From Nitrosopumilus sp. (GTDB taxonomy: Archaea; Thermoproteota; Nitrososphaeria; Nitrososphaerales; Nitrosopumilaceae), in NCBI GenBank assembly GCA_965205675.1, contig OZ242186.1, forward strand, positions 928,001 to 992,000: a DNA stretch of 64,000 nt, in the 5' to 3' direction. The position numbers and the translations under genes are program-made. Under the pieces are notes generated by a model. It saw only the letters and a program-made list of their open reading frames with translations, ran no database searches and had not been told where the DNA came from. Of this stretch, positions 10,284 through 22,057 are shown one piece after another; within the stretch, counting starts at the first letter, position 1, and each line of letters begins with the position of its first letter.

Positions 10284-13238
10284 ATGGGCAAAATTCCAGT
10301 CGTACTAAGCATGTTTGTCTTGCTTTTGATGCCTGTATATGCATCTGCTCAAACTCCTGATAACATCACAATTCTTGAAAATTTTGGAGAATATGACAGG
10401 GGTGAACCTATGTTTGTCTATGGCCGAATTGCAAGTTTGGTGGATGACTCTTTTCTAATAATGCAGATTCATAATTCTCAAGGAGATTTATGCCAAATTC
10501 AACAATTACTTCCATTGCCCAATGGTGATTTCATCACTGATGTAATTCCACTAAAGGGCAGAATTTGTGGTATTTCTGGAGAATATGAAATAAAATTATT
10601 CTATGGTGATTATTCAAAATCTACTGGTTTTACTGTTTCATCCAATGCTTATTCTCAAGCAACTGAGCCTCAAATGATCTCTGTGGCTCAGGATTTGATA
10701 TCTTCTCAAAGTTCTGTCATTGGCAAACTATTTGATATTCCTCCTCCTATTCCTAATTCTGCTTCCAGTGATCTAGAAGAACTCAAATCTGATTATGTTG
10801 AATTGTGGAGTGAATTTTTTGTAGATGACCTTATGATTGAAATTGATCCCTTGATTAGACCTGCAGTATCTTCATCACTACATTCAGTTCAAAAATTACT
10901 AGGTGAAGATGAGATTTCTTTTGAAATTGCAAAGTCTATAGATAAGATGATTTTTGCTGCTGTATTTCATTATGAAATTGGAGATAAAACCACTGCAATT
11001 AATTTAATCTCTGATGCTTTTGTAGATATCAAAAATGTTAATCCTGAAAAAATCACAAAGAGAACTCCTACTTTTGATGAATTAGAGGCCACACTCTTAA
11101 GTTTAATGAAAAAATCTAACACTGTTATGAGTAAACTTGTTAAACATGAGATTGGGTTTATTTTTGCAAGGGGAACAGCTCCTATCTATTCTGATGAATT
11201 AAACCAACTCATTGATGTTCTTTCCAAATCAAGATATCTTGATGTAGTTTCTAGGAAGCAAAGTGATTTGTACAGCCTAGTTCAAAGCGATTGGGAATCT
11301 CTCAAATCTATTCTGGTGGAGATAGAATCTCTAGCCGAATTGCTTAATTCATCTGCTCGTGTTGCTGAATTACACCAAGCAGCTATTCTTTTAAGGGAAT
11401 TAGACAATGTTGATAGATTTATCTTCTCTGATTCTGAAGAAAATAGTGATCTTGCTAATTTGATTCAGCCTGACTGGAATGCTTTAGAACGGGATCTGAC
11501 CTCGGCTAATTCTGTTGCAGACATTTTGGAATTTGAGTCTGAGATTCATCAGATGACACAAATCATTGATATCTCATCTAGAATCCACAAAAGCGTTGAA
11601 ATTTCTCAAAGCACTGGAGTCAACTCTGTATTTGTCAATGATTGGGAGTCTCTTTTAGATAGAGTTGAAAGTGCTAATTCTGTTGATGATATCTTGGATA
11701 TTGTCTCTGAATTTGATCAATCCATGATTGAACTCAGAGAGAAGAGAAACCCTCTTGTTGTTTTAGAATTTGAATATAACACTATGAAAGAAAAAGCAAA
11801 GCTTCAGGCTGATTATCAAAATTTGGTTTTAATTGATGATGCACTCCAAATTTTAAAGACTGCCAAAGACATGGAATCTGGCAACCCTTCCATTACTAGA
11901 ATAGACAGAATTGAGGTCTTACTAAGTTGGATTAGTGATATAGCTCCTCAAATAAAAGAGGATTTGAATTCATACAATAAAGATGCATACAAAGTTCGTG
12001 CAAGTGACATTTTACAACGTGCAAAATCTCTTGAAAATTTAGTCGATCTCAGTTTAACTAAGAATAGATTCCTTCCAAACTATATCGAATTCACTGAAAC
12101 TTTCGGTGAGAAAATTGATGATGTGCGTGATCTTGTAATCCAAAATCATCTTGATCAAGCTGATGAATTAATTCGTGATTTATTTGACGAATGGAGTTTG
12201 GTATCTAAAGCATACGCTAATGACCCACTTGGTTCTGATGTCGGTTATACCACAGATGAACTCAAACGTATTGATTTTCGTGAAAAATTAGATGCTTATT
12301 CAAATATGGTATCTAAATTTTACAACTCTGGTTTTTCAGAATATGTTGATGAATATGATCAAAAGATGGCTCAAGCAAACAAATTCATTGATCTGGCAAA
12401 CTTTGTAGATGCTGAATCAAAGATTCTAGAAATTGGCGATTATCTTAGTGATCATTTGGTACTCAATGATGAGAATATTATTTATGATATTTTCTTTGAT
12501 GCTGAAAAAGACATTTGGGTGATTAACGGTGCAACTGAGAAATCTGTCTTTGATAGGCGTGAGAATCTGTATGTTACAGTGTATGATATGGATGGAACTA
12601 CTCATAGCAGTCTTGAATTTACTGATACTAAACAAGGTAATTTCTTTACTCAATGGATAGCTCCTACTGATCCTGGCTTGTATGTTGTCATGTTGCAGTA
12701 TAAGGACTCCAAGGCATCACAAATTGTACATGTTGAGGAAGAATTTGAGTATGAATATGATGCTGTTGATTTGAGTATGGTTGAATTGGCTCGAGAATTT
12801 TCAGAATTAGAATCATTTGTAGAAAGATTTGGCAGTGATGACTTTGTTCAAAACCCTAGATTTGCATCTGTTATAAATGAAATTGAATTTGCAATTAGGG
12901 ATAAAGATAAAGATGATGTTAATGACAATCTTAACGAACTAAAAACACTAATTGAGAGATATCTTCCTGTAAGATCCCGTGATGCAGTAGTTGAAGCAAT
13001 CTATGATGATGATAAATTAATTGTATCCGGAGCTGTCCAGAAAACTCTTGCCTTTAGAGAAGATCTTTTTGTAGATGTTTATGATCAAAGAGGTACTTTA
13101 ATTGAAGAGATTGCTCTGAAAGATAATTCTTCTGGATTATTTACTGAAGTTCTCTCTCGTTCTTTTGATCCTGGTGTATATGTAACACAATTACAATACC
13201 ATGATGTAATAGTTACTGGATTTTTTAATGTAAAATAA
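10284..13238 (+). CDS. Large acidic secreted protein (984 aa): helical core with beta-rich, Ig-like end domains
   Basis: Signal peptide ending ASA; recurring G.F....P...G.Y.V.L.Y motifs at both ends. Confidence 0.8.
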   Translation: MGKIPVVLSMFVLLLMPVYASAQTPDNITILENFGEYDRGEPMFVYGRIASLVDDSFLIMQIHNSQGDLCQIQQLLPLPNGDFITDVIPLKGRICGISGEYEIKLFYGDYSKSTGFTVSSNAYSQATEPQMISVAQDLISSQSSVIGKLFDIPPPIPNSASSDLEELKSDYVELWSEFFVDDLMIEIDPLIRPAVSSSLHSVQKLLGEDEISFEIAKSIDKMIFAAVFHYEIGDKTTAINLISDAFVDIKNVNPEKITKRTPTFDELEATLLSLMKKSNTVMSKLVKHEIGFIFARGTAPIYSDELNQLIDVLSKSRYLDVVSRKQSDLYSLVQSDWESLKSILVEIESLAELLNSSARVAELHQAAILLRELDNVDRFIFSDSEENSDLANLIQPDWNALERDLTSANSVADILEFESEIHQMTQIIDISSRIHKSVEISQSTGVNSVFVNDWESLLDRVESANSVDDILDIVSEFDQSMIELREKRNPLVVLEFEYNTMKEKAKLQADYQNLVLIDDALQILKTAKDMESGNPSITRIDRIEVLLSWISDIAPQIKEDLNSYNKDAYKVRASDILQRAKSLENLVDLSLTKNRFLPNYIEFTETFGEKIDDVRDLVIQNHLDQADELIRDLFDEWSLVSKAYANDPLGSDVGYTTDELKRIDFREKLDAYSNMVSKFYNSGFSEYVDEYDQKMAQANKFIDLANFVDAESKILEIGDYLSDHLVLNDENIIYDIFFDAEKDIWVINGATEKSVFDRRENLYVTVYDMDGTTHSSLEFTDTKQGNFFTQWIAPTDPGLYVVMLQYKDSKASQIVHVEEEFEYEYDAVDLSMVELAREFSELESFVERFGSDDFVQNPRFASVINEIEFAIRDKDKDDVNDNLNELKTLIERYLPVRSRDAVVEAIYDDDKLIVSGAVQKTLAFREDLFVDVYDQRGTLIEEIALKDNSSGLFTEVLSRSFDPGVYVTQLQYHDVIVTGFFNVK

Positions 13239-14453
13239 TTACTTTTTATTTTTAATCAAACTAAAGAGTTGTCTGACTGCCAATTTTGGATGATGTGCTG
13301 CTAGCTTGATCATGCTAGATAATCCAAAATCTGCTTTAATGAAATCAATAAACTCTTCTGGTTTTAATTCCTTGATGATATCTAGTTCTTTATCCCACTC
13401 TTCATCTGTAAGGCTAATCCATCTATTTTGAATTTTGCCTGCTGAATTAATTTTAGATTCAATTTCTTTTCTCCAACTATCTTCATAGGGATATAGTGAT
13501 GCTTTGTCTGTTTTACCTGATTTTATTGCATCTGAGGCTACTTTTCCTGCAACTCTTCCAAATTTTATAGCATATCTTATTCCCTCCAATACCAAAGGAT
13601 TTGCTTGACCTGCTGAATCTCCTACCAATATCAAATTATTAAAAACAGTTTTTCTAGACAATCCGTCATTTGGAATTAATCCGTAATGAAACTCAATTTC
13701 TGTCATTTTTCCTAATTTTTTTATGGGTCCTAATCTTTTCTTCATTATTTCTTTTAGTCTTTGTGTGGGGTCTACACTTGATTCTGGCTTTCCGATCCCC
13801 ACTCCCACTCTTACAATGTTACCTCCTAATGGAAAAATCCACGCATATCCTGCAGGCGAATACTCTTGTCCTACCATTAACCACCATGTGTCTGCATCTT
13901 CATTTTCTACTCTGACCTCATATTCTGCACCTGCCCCAAATCTTTCCCATTGTGGTGCAAAATTCATGGCTTTGCACACTGTTGATTGGAATCCACTTGC
14001 GTCAATTACTACTTTGGAATAAAATGTTGTTTCTCCTTTGGGGCCTATGCCTTTCACTCCTACAATGTCTTCATTTTCATTTTTGATAACATTCTTGATG
14101 TTCATTTTTACAAAAATATCTGCACCTTGCTTTTCTGCCTCATTTGATAGCCATCTGTATGTCTTTCTTACATCTAATACGGCTGCTCTTGGAACCGTAT
14201 CACTAATTGTTACTTTGTTGTTTGGAGAACAAAATGAAAAATTTTTGATTGGGTTAAAACAATCATCTGGTATGTCAAACTCTTTGATATTTTGAATCCA
14301 TGTCACTCCGCTGGTTCTGACTGTTTCAGCAATTGAATTTTCTTTTTCAAGTAGTGCCACTTTGATTCCATTTTTTGCAGCAGCATGTGCTGCTGATGAT
14401 CCTGCAGGACCTCCACCAACAATTACTAAATCATAATGATATTCTTGAGACAA
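13239..14453 (-). CDS. Geranylgeranyl reductase-family FAD oxidoreductase
   Basis: GGGPAG, IDASG, GYAWIFP, LVGDSAG..NPL..EGI motifs. Confidence 0.9.
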   Translation of the reverse strand: MSQEYHYDLVIVGGGPAGSSAAHAAAKNGIKVALLEKENSIAETVRTSGVTWIQNIKEFDIPDDCFNPIKNFSFCSPNNKVTISDTVPRAAVLDVRKTYRWLSNEAEKQGADIFVKMNIKNVIKNENEDIVGVKGIGPKGETTFYSKVVIDASGFQSTVCKAMNFAPQWERFGAGAEYEVRVENEDADTWWLMVGQEYSPAGYAWIFPLGGNIVRVGVGIGKPESSVDPTQRLKEIMKKRLGPIKKLGKMTEIEFHYGLIPNDGLSRKTVFNNLILVGDSAGQANPLVLEGIRYAIKFGRVAGKVASDAIKSGKTDKASLYPYEDSWRKEIESKINSAGKIQNRWISLTDEEWDKELDIIKELKPEEFIDFIKADFGLSSMIKLAAHHPKLAVRQLFSLIKNKK

Positions 14454-14503
14454 TTATTCTAAATGATAAATCTCTAGGATATAATTTTGAGGAATTATCC
14501 CTG

Positions 14504-14728
14504 TTATTTTTTTAACACTGGGGTTCCGGTGGAGTCGTTTTCTCTTTCTGAATCAAAAGTTTCCATATGTCTTGGGTCTCTGTGCATAAAACTGTGAGTT
14601 TCTCCTTTTGCCTTTCTGCAGAATTTAGAATGAATTGTCTCTTCAACCTTTAGAGTTGTTTCATTTTCATGAAATAGCCGTTTTCCGCAATTTGGGCAGG
14701 TTAATTCCGGCATAAATCCCGTCAACAT
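14504..14728 (-). CDS. Small zinc-finger protein
   Basis: CPNC...H...C. Confidence 0.6.
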   Translation of the reverse strand: MLTGFMPELTCPNCGKRLFHENETTLKVEETIHSKFCRKAKGETHSFMHRDPRHMETFDSERENDSTGTPVLKK

Positions 14729-14810
14729 TAAATCTATTTAGATGTTTCATACTTTGAAAATAACTCATTTTAAACCCAAACTTTAGATGTTTATTGATTT
14801 GTTATTAATT

Positions 14811-14927
14811 ATGGATGAATCTGATCTTGGATCGTTTTTCATATGGTCTGTCATTACAGGAATTATTATGCTAGTTACAGGGATTAGTTACAGGGCTTAT
14901 TCTAAAAAAAATAAAATATCTACTTAG
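14811..14927 (+). CDS. Putative 38-aa single-TM peptide
   Basis: MDESDLGSFFIWSVITGIIMLVTGISYRAYSKKNKIST: hydrophobic core with basic tail, fills the intergenic gap. Confidence 0.45.
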   Translation: MDESDLGSFFIWSVITGIIMLVTGISYRAYSKKNKIST

Positions 14928-14953
14928 TATTGTTTTTGTTAATTAAGAGATGA

Positions 14954-15715
14954 TTATCCTTCAGAAGCTGTTTTTCCACCATCTATATTTAGAATGGTTC
15001 CAGTAACCCAATTAGCTTCATCTGATGCTAAATATAATACTGCATTTGCAACATCTTTTGGTTCTCCCACTCTTGCTAATGGTAATCTTTCTTCCAATAT
15101 TTTCCTTGCTTGAGGATCATCCAAGTATGGCTTTATCATTCCAGAATTAATTATTCCGGGATTGACCCCGTTACATCTTATGTTTTTTCTTGCATATTCT
15201 ACTGCAATTGACTTTGTAAACATGGAGATTGCAGCTTTAGTTGATGAATATACTGCCAAATGCACTCGTGGTATTGCTCTTTCTCCTGAAATTGAACCGA
15301 TATTGACTATTGCACCATTTTTTACTTCTGACATTTTTGACAATACTGCTTTTGTCATGTGAAATACCCCTAGCAAATTCACATCAATTAATTTTTTAAT
15401 TTCGGAATATTGCATTTCATGGAAATGTACTGGATCATTAATTGCTCCTGCATTGTTAACTAGTATGTCTATTTTTCCATATGTGTCCATAATTTGATCT
15501 ACTGTTTGCAATACTTGTGATTCATCAGTTAGGTCACATGATATTGACACTGTTACCTCTTCTTTTTCTATCTCCTTTCTAGTTGCCTCTAATTGTTCTA
15601 AATTTCTTGCAATTAAAATAACTTTAGCTCCTTCTTCTACAAATCGTTTTACAATGCCTTTTCCTATGTCACTTGATGCTCCAGTAACAATAGCGACTTT
15701 ATCATTTAATCGCAT
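14954..15715 (-). CDS. SDR family oxidoreductase
   Basis: [22 protein letters not shown]. Confidence 0.92.
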   Translation of the reverse strand: MRLNDKVAIVTGASSDIGKGIVKRFVEEGAKVILIARNLEQLEATRKEIEKEEVTVSISCDLTDESQVLQTVDQIMDTYGKIDILVNNAGAINDPVHFHEMQYSEIKKLIDVNLLGVFHMTKAVLSKMSEVKNGAIVNIGSISGERAIPRVHLAVYSSTKAAISMFTKSIAVEYARKNIRCNGVNPGIINSGMIKPYLDDPQARKILEERLPLARVGEPKDVANAVLYLASDEANWVTGTILNIDGGKTASEG

Positions 15716-15776
15716 AATATTGTATTATTTTCATAACTTATAGAATTTTTGCTGAATTTCATTCATGTTTTACTTT

Positions 15777-16649
15777 TTAGTCGTTAATTTTTTTGAGATA
15801 TTCTATGATTCCGGTATAGTCTATATCCCCCAATCCTTCTTTGATTGCATTCTCATACACTTCTTCTGCTTTGGTAAGCATGGGAAGCTCAATTTCTAGA
15901 GATTTTGCAACATTGGTCATAATTGTAATGTCTTTTTTTAAATTGGCAAGTGTAAATGTTGTATTGTATTTGCCTTCTATCATTTTGTATGCCTTTTTTT
16001 CACTCATTCCAGTTTTAAAATAAGTTGAGTTTAAGATTTCTAGGAATATTTTTGGATCAATTTCTGATTTTTTCATCAAAGTAATTCCTTCAGATAATGC
16101 TAATGCTAGCATAGTGATTTGAAGATTCATAGCTAATTTGACAGAATGTGCAATTCCGCTTTCTCCTAGGAAAAATATTTTATTTGCAATTGTTTCAAAT
16201 ATTTTTTTGCAACTATCAAAACTTGCTTTATCTCCTGATGCCATCATCATCAAATTTCCTGTGATTGCAACATTTGGACCTCCCATTACTGGAATGTCTA
16301 ATTTAGCAATGCGGGCATCTAAAAATTGTTTTGAAATATTTTTAGATTCTATTGGGTCAATTGTACTCATATCTGCAACAATCAATTCTTTATGATTTCC
16401 TTCAACAATTCCATTTTCTCCAAATGAAATTTGTCTTACTGCATCTGCATCTTTGACTATCATTATCACCAACTCTGAATCTTTTGCTACTTCTTTAGGC
16501 GAGGTTGCAATTGCAGCTCCTTTATTTTGCAAATCTATTGTTTTTTCTTTTGTTCTGTTGTATGCTGTGATTTTAAAACCCGATTTTATCAAATGCAGTG
16601 CTACTGCACTTCCTAGCATCCCTAATCCTATAATTCCCACTTTCTTCAT
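15777..16649 (-). CDS. NAD(P)-dependent beta-hydroxyacid dehydrogenase family
   Basis: GIIGLGMLG, YNRT, DMSTI, PVMGG, VKLAMN. Confidence 0.9.
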   Translation of the reverse strand: MKKVGIIGLGMLGSAVALHLIKSGFKITAYNRTKEKTIDLQNKGAAIATSPKEVAKDSELVIMIVKDADAVRQISFGENGIVEGNHKELIVADMSTIDPIESKNISKQFLDARIAKLDIPVMGGPNVAITGNLMMMASGDKASFDSCKKIFETIANKIFFLGESGIAHSVKLAMNLQITMLALALSEGITLMKKSEIDPKIFLEILNSTYFKTGMSEKKAYKMIEGKYNTTFTLANLKKDITIMTNVAKSLEIELPMLTKAEEVYENAIKEGLGDIDYTGIIEYLKKIND

Positions 16650-16673
16650 TTGGATTCCTCTGGTTTTTTCCTA

Positions 16674-17060
16674 TCAATGCCTTTCTTCATTTTGAATCTC
16701 CCAGTGTTTATTTCCAAATCTAGATGCCACAAACTCTATTTGGCCTATTGTTTTATCTCCTTTCTTTACTTTAGCAAAATCTGATTTCTTCATTTTGAAT
16801 ATCTTTTCTTTAGGTTTGTATCCGCCTTCGATAACTTTGACTTTGAATCTTTTACTTGCTTTTACGATCATCTTTCTTGCATTCTGAACGTTGCCAATCC
16901 ATGAAAACATTTCAAAATCTCCAAAATTCTCAGTAGTTACATCATATCCATACAGTCGCACTTCAAGTTTGATTGATTGTGATTTGGCTTGTTCATTTAA
17001 CCATGAGATTACTTCTTTCCCATGTCCTTTTTCAACTCCAAATGTTTCAGAATCTTTCAT
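16674..17060 (-). CDS. Hypothetical protein
   Basis: 128-aa ORF co-oriented with the downstream dehydrogenases. Confidence 0.7.
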   Translation of the reverse strand: MKDSETFGVEKGHGKEVISWLNEQAKSQSIKLEVRLYGYDVTTENFGDFEMFSWIGNVQNARKMIVKASKRFKVKVIEGGYKPKEKIFKMKKSDFAKVKKGDKTIGQIEFVASRFGNKHWEIQNEERH

Positions 17061-17122
17061 ATACCTACACCCACAATACTAAACCATAATAATCATTTTC
17101 AAATATCTGTTAAACTAAAATA

Positions 17123-17512
17123 TTGACTCTACAAAGATATCTTATGCTTACAGTTGATTGTACAGACATCATTTCCATTAAAAATGATTTGCTTGTTTAT
17201 GTTGCAGATGAAGTTGCCGCTATTCCTACTTTGAAACACAATCAATTCACTTTATCTACTTTTGATGATGAAATTGTTGATGTCTCTAAAGTAATTTCTG
17301 CCATAAAGGGATATTTAGATTCCATAAATGAAAGCGAAAACTTTGCAGTAATTTCAAATAATGATGTGATAAATATCACATCTATTTCTGGCAGAGTAAT
17401 TGAAAATACTTCTAGTGAGTCAAAACACGAAATGTTTTCATGTACTCATTGTGGATTTGTAACACAATATCAAGTTGAACTAAATGTTCATATGAGAATC
17501 CATTATATCTAA
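17123..17512 (+). CDS. C2H2 zinc-finger protein
   Basis: C-terminal CTHC...HMRIH. Confidence 0.75.
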   Translation: MTLQRYLMLTVDCTDIISIKNDLLVYVADEVAAIPTLKHNQFTLSTFDDEIVDVSKVISAIKGYLDSINESENFAVISNNDVINITSISGRVIENTSSESKHEMFSCTHCGFVTQYQVELNVHMRIHYI

Positions 17513-17599
17513 ATCTTTTTCAAATTACTAAACAATCAGTTTCTTTTAATTACTGACATTTTAGTTGCCATTGAAAATCCATAATGTAAAAATTTATTT

Positions 17600-18300
17600 T
17601 AGTATCCTAAGATGTAATTATTTGCAACCTTGATGGTGTTAAAATCTGTTCTAATCTCATCTATGTTGATTTAGTTTTCCAAAATACCATAAATTACAAT
17701 TCTGTATTGATTTTATTGACAAGTATTCCCATCTGAGATATTTTTGTACTAGTCTTGATTTGTGCTGCAATGCTGTATTTGCATAGACTAGAATATTTTC
17801 AAACTTTTTGTACAATTCCTTGAAATAATTTCAAAAACAGTGCCTGATCAAATTTTTTGTATTGCTTGAAGAATTGTGTGCCATCCTGACTCTCTGCTCA
17901 AAGATGATCTCTTCTTTTGTATGTTACATTTACTAGAATAACTATGTGTTCCTTTCTTTACTGCCCACCATATCTTATTTCTAAATGTTGTATATGCTGT
18001 AAAGATGAATTTCATCTTGTGCAAGAACTGTAAACTTTTTTGTTATTTGTGAGGCTATTTTCTTTTTAGAGTTTTTTTTAACCCAAAGTTTTTCCTCTAC
18101 AGTTAGATGAATTTGTAAATATTTTTGCAACAATCCTTCCCACACAAACCTACTTTTTCCTAAAAAGTTTGCAATGTTCTATTTTACCATGTGGTAAGAA
18201 TCTCTTGAGTTGTTTATCTGTAGTAGACAACAGTAATTTGATAAGCTCAAGTTGTTTCTTTTTTCTGTTATCTCTGATAATTTATTCCGATTGTGATCTA
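17600..18300 (-). pseudogene. Degenerate IS630-family remnant
   Basis: Diverged homolog of 48727..49824 (e.g. catcttgtgcaagaactgtaaa) with many stops. Confidence 0.7.
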
Positions 18301-18326
18301 TAAAACTTGTGGATGAATTGTTCTTT

Positions 18327-20000
18327 CTATGGGTTTGCCGTAGTTATTGCACCTTGTGCTGCTGAGCCTACAAGTGTTGCATATTTTGCTAATGCTCCTG
18401 ACAAATAGTTTGCTTTTGGCTTTTCCCAAGACGTTTTTCTTTTAGTCAATTCTTCTTCTGAAACATGAATATCAATAACTGTAGTTTCTGTATCTATTGT
18501 AATTTCATCCCCGTCTCTTACTAGCGCAATTGGACCTCCAACATATGCTTCTGGTGCAACATGTCCTACCATAAATCCTCTTGTGCCGCCTGAAAATCTT
18601 CCATCTGTAACCATTGCAACTTTTTTACCCAAACCCTGTCCTACAAGTGCGGCAGTTGTTGCAAGCATTTCTCTCATCCCTGGTCCTCCTTTAGGTCCTT
18701 CATATCTGATAACTACAACATCTCCTTCTTCTACATCGCCTTTGGCAACTGCATCAAATGCATATTCCTCTCTGTCATACACTTTGGCTTTTCCAGTAAA
18801 CTTTGTCATTTCTACTCCTGCTGTTTTAATCACTGCTCCTTCTGGTGCAAGACTTCCTTTGAGTACTACTGCTGTTCCCGCTGAATGAATTGGATTATCC
18901 ACTGGTCTGATGATTGATTGCTCGGGTTCTGGAATGTTCATTGAATCAAGATTTTCTTGTATTGTTCTTCCTGTAATTGTAATGCAGTTTCCATTTAGAA
19001 ATCCTTTGTCTGCTAATTTTTTGAGAACAAAAGGAATCCCTCCAATTTTATCAAGACTATTCATAACGTAATTGCCTCCTGGCTTCATATCTGCAATATG
19101 TGGTGTCTTTTTTCTAATCCTTTCAAAATCATCATATGTTAATTTTATTCTAGCTTCATTAGCCATTGATAACAAATGTAAAATTCCATTTGTAGAACCG
19201 CCAACTGCGTTAAGTATTGCAATTGAATTCTCAAATGCTTCATAAGTCATAATGTCTCTTGGCTTGATATCTAATTCTAATAATTTTGCACATGTAGCAC
19301 CTGTATCATAAACCATTTTGTTTCGTCTGTCATCTTCTGCAGGTGGACTTGCACTTCCTGGCAATGCTAATCCTATGGCCTCTGAAATTGATGCCATTGT
19401 ATTTGCAGTAAACATTCCTCCACATGATCCTGAATTTGGACATGCAGTATTTTCAATATTTTCTAGCATCTCTAAAGAAATTTGTCCTGCATCATACGCT
19501 CCAACTGCTTCATACACATCAACTACTGTCAATTCTTTACCGTTTAGAATTCCTGGCATGATTGTTCCTCCATAAACAAATACTGATGGTAAATTCAATC
19601 GAGCCATTGCCATCATTGTTCCAGGTAAACTTTTGTCACATCCTGCAATACCGACAATTCCATCATATTGATGGGCTCTTACCATTAATTCAATAGAATC
19701 TGCAATCACTTCCCGTGATATCAAAGAAGATTTCATTCCTTCATGTCCCATTGCAATTCCATCACTTACTGCAATTGTTGAAAATATTCTTGGGGTTGCA
19801 CCATTTTCTGCAACGCCAAGTTTTGCTTCCTCAGCTAAAGTTGGTAATAATATGTTACAAGGTGTTGCTTCATTTCCTGTGTGACATACACCTATGAATG
19901 GTTTACTAAGATCGTTATCATCTAATCCCATAGCTTTGTACATTGCTCTGTGTGGTGCACGAGATGTTCCCTTTACAACATTTTGACTAGATATTTCCAT
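18327..20000 (-). CDS. ilvD: Dihydroxy-acid dehydratase
   Basis: [38 protein letters not shown]. Confidence 0.97.
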   Translation of the reverse strand: MEISSQNVVKGTSRAPHRAMYKAMGLDDNDLSKPFIGVCHTGNEATPCNILLPTLAEEAKLGVAENGATPRIFSTIAVSDGIAMGHEGMKSSLISREVIADSIELMVRAHQYDGIVGIAGCDKSLPGTMMAMARLNLPSVFVYGGTIMPGILNGKELTVVDVYEAVGAYDAGQISLEMLENIENTACPNSGSCGGMFTANTMASISEAIGLALPGSASPPAEDDRRNKMVYDTGATCAKLLELDIKPRDIMTYEAFENSIAILNAVGGSTNGILHLLSMANEARIKLTYDDFERIRKKTPHIADMKPGGNYVMNSLDKIGGIPFVLKKLADKGFLNGNCITITGRTIQENLDSMNIPEPEQSIIRPVDNPIHSAGTAVVLKGSLAPEGAVIKTAGVEMTKFTGKAKVYDREEYAFDAVAKGDVEEGDVVVIRYEGPKGGPGMREMLATTAALVGQGLGKKVAMVTDGRFSGGTRGFMVGHVAPEAYVGGPIALVRDGDEITIDTETTVIDIHVSEEELTKRKTSWEKPKANYLSGALAKYATLVGSAAQGAITTANP

Positions 20001-20636
20001 AACATGTCAAATTTGGATTTCCATAATTTAGACTTTCGGGACTGTTCTGATCTCTTACTTTTGGTTTTCAATGCAAAATTTCCATACTGAACAAATTTGT
20101 TTTTTAAAAGATCTCTGCAAGATTGTATAGGCTTTTTAAAATGTATGATTCGTTCTCCACAGTCCCTATATTTGCCATGTATGTCTCCTTTTGGAATCTC
20201 ATCTTTGCCAATATTTTCATATGGTATAATTCCAACAAATCAAGCCAATCATTTAATGCTTTTTTTGATAGATTAGCATTGTTTGTTGTATCTCAAAATC
20301 AATTCATTCTCTAGCCTGCATAGTATTTTTCTTCCATCTGCAACTTTGTCTTCCAATTATTCAATCATGTTTCTTTAGATGTTTTGTCTTTATTTTATCA
20401 TATTTTCAGTATGTCAACTATGAATGTTTTTTCTAATGTGTTTTTAATTATTCTGCAGTGAGTTCTTTTCCTAATGCCTTGCTACATGATTTACATTGTA
20501 TCATTTTTTATCTCCTTGGTTTTTTTCTTTTTTGATTTTATTATTGGATGACATTGTGTTGGTAAATTTTCTTCTTCGTTTAGCATATTCTTAATGTTAA
20601 TCTGAAACTAAAAAAGTTTGTATTGTTTTTCAATAT

Positions 20637-20972
20637 TTATTTATTCTTAGTTTGTTTTTTGTATTTTTTATGATATTTTTCTTTTTTTCTCTTTCTTTCT
20701 AAATCTATGATAACGTATGTTTTTTCAGTTTCACAAAGCTTCATTTCTCCTGTATGTTCATCATGAATTGCTTCAACTAATCCGTCTGATAACAATTCCC
20801 CAACAATTCTCCATGCCACATCTTCAGATACGTCAAATTTGTATGATATTGTTGAGACCTTGGTAAAAAAACCATTTTGGGAGTTTCTAATTACAAATTT
20901 TTCCACTTTTTGTTCTGTAGTTAAATTTGATTCTCTTTTTTTATATTTTTTATATGGTTTTCTTTTTAACAT
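20637..20972 (-). CDS. Hypothetical basic winged-helix-like protein
   Basis: ISYKFDVSEDVAWRIVGELLSDGLVE pattern. Confidence 0.55.
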   Translation of the reverse strand: MLKRKPYKKYKKRESNLTTEQKVEKFVIRNSQNGFFTKVSTISYKFDVSEDVAWRIVGELLSDGLVEAIHDEHTGEMKLCETEKTYVIIDLERKRKKEKYHKKYKKQTKNK

Positions 20973-20990
20973 TATTTTTTATCTCCTTTC

Positions 20991-21578
20991 TCAAACCTCT
21001 GTGTGTAGTGTGTCGGGGTCGTTATTGCCTGACAAATATCTGTCTCCCAACATGTTTTGCATTCTTTGATCAAATTCTTCTTGTAATCTTGTAAGATATA
21101 TTTCTGCTTCTGTTTCATCATCTGGAATTCCAGTGTCTGTATCAAAATTAAATCCTGTTGCCAAATGGTAGAATTCTTCAAAAAATTCTTTGCAGTCAAT
21201 CACATCGGCTTTTTCATCAATTGTTGCTACGAGACAATTATTTTCCAATCTGAAATTAAGACAAATTTCTTCCTCTATCATAATATCGGCCATTACTGAC
21301 ATGATGTATGCAACATGCTCTGAATCTATTTTTCCTTGATCTTTGTTTGATATCCATAATTCATAACCTTCTAAGAATTCATCAAATGTTTTAACTATAA
21401 CATCACGTATGTTTGAATCTGGATGAGATAGTTTTGATTTCCATGACTCAAAATTATTTGATTTTGCATATGTTATGTCATATGTTAATTCTTTACGAGT
21501 TTGCTCAAATTCCCAAATCTCTTTATTGGTCCACATTGGTGAATGGTTTGTTATCAATTCTCTTGTTAGTTGATCCAA
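20991..21578 (-). CDS. Hypothetical acidic protein
   Basis: 195-aa ORF, co-oriented with neighbours. Confidence 0.65.
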   Translation of the reverse strand: MDQLTRELITNHSPMWTNKEIWEFEQTRKELTYDITYAKSNNFESWKSKLSHPDSNIRDVIVKTFDEFLEGYELWISNKDQGKIDSEHVAYIMSVMADIMIEEEICLNFRLENNCLVATIDEKADVIDCKEFFEEFYHLATGFNFDTDTGIPDDETEAEIYLTRLQEEFDQRMQNMLGDRYLSGNNDPDTLHTEV

Positions 21579-21619
21579 TGATTCTTGTCTTTTCTCCTTC
21601 TGTTTAATCTTATCTTGTA

Positions 21620-21826
21620 TTAGTTATTAATCCCCGATTTGAGAAATTCTATGGTACACTCTGTAAGTTCTTTACTTGAGTGTTTTTTAATATCATGTTT
21701 ACAATTAGGGCAAACCCCCGTACTCTCATCAGAAAATCCTTCTCCTACTTGTTTCATACAACACTCCGTCAATTCTTCTGTAGAATGGGATTCCATTGTA
21801 AGCTTACATGTAGGACACTCTGTCAA
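21620..21826 (-). CDS. Small duplicated zinc-finger protein
   Basis: Two CPxC...HS..EL.EC repeats. Confidence 0.65.
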   Translation of the reverse strand: MTECPTCKLTMESHSTEELTECCMKQVGEGFSDESTGVCPNCKHDIKKHSSKELTECTIEFLKSGINN

Positions 21827-21909
21827 ATTAGTACAATTTTCTTAAAACTCTGTTGCTAATAAATCATATTTGATCTTTCAAATATTTTCATGCAGTTGTT
21901 ACTAAAAAA

Positions 21910-22055
21910 TTTTAAAAAAACACAAAAAAAGTATCAGAAGGTATTCCAAATTGGGACACACCACACTATGTCTGGACGAGTCAACAAATAAAGTAGCACC
22001 CAACATAAAGCGCAGATGGTATCTTGCAGAAAATAACATCACCACATCAATTAAT
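21910..22055 (+). pseudogene. Internal fragment of IS630 element A
   Basis: Similar to 27207..27353. Confidence 0.75.
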
Positions 22056-22057
22056 TA

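Noticed and set aside
20100-20590. Possible gene upstream of ilvD
   Set aside because: Only short broken frames; may be a decayed gene but cannot be assigned
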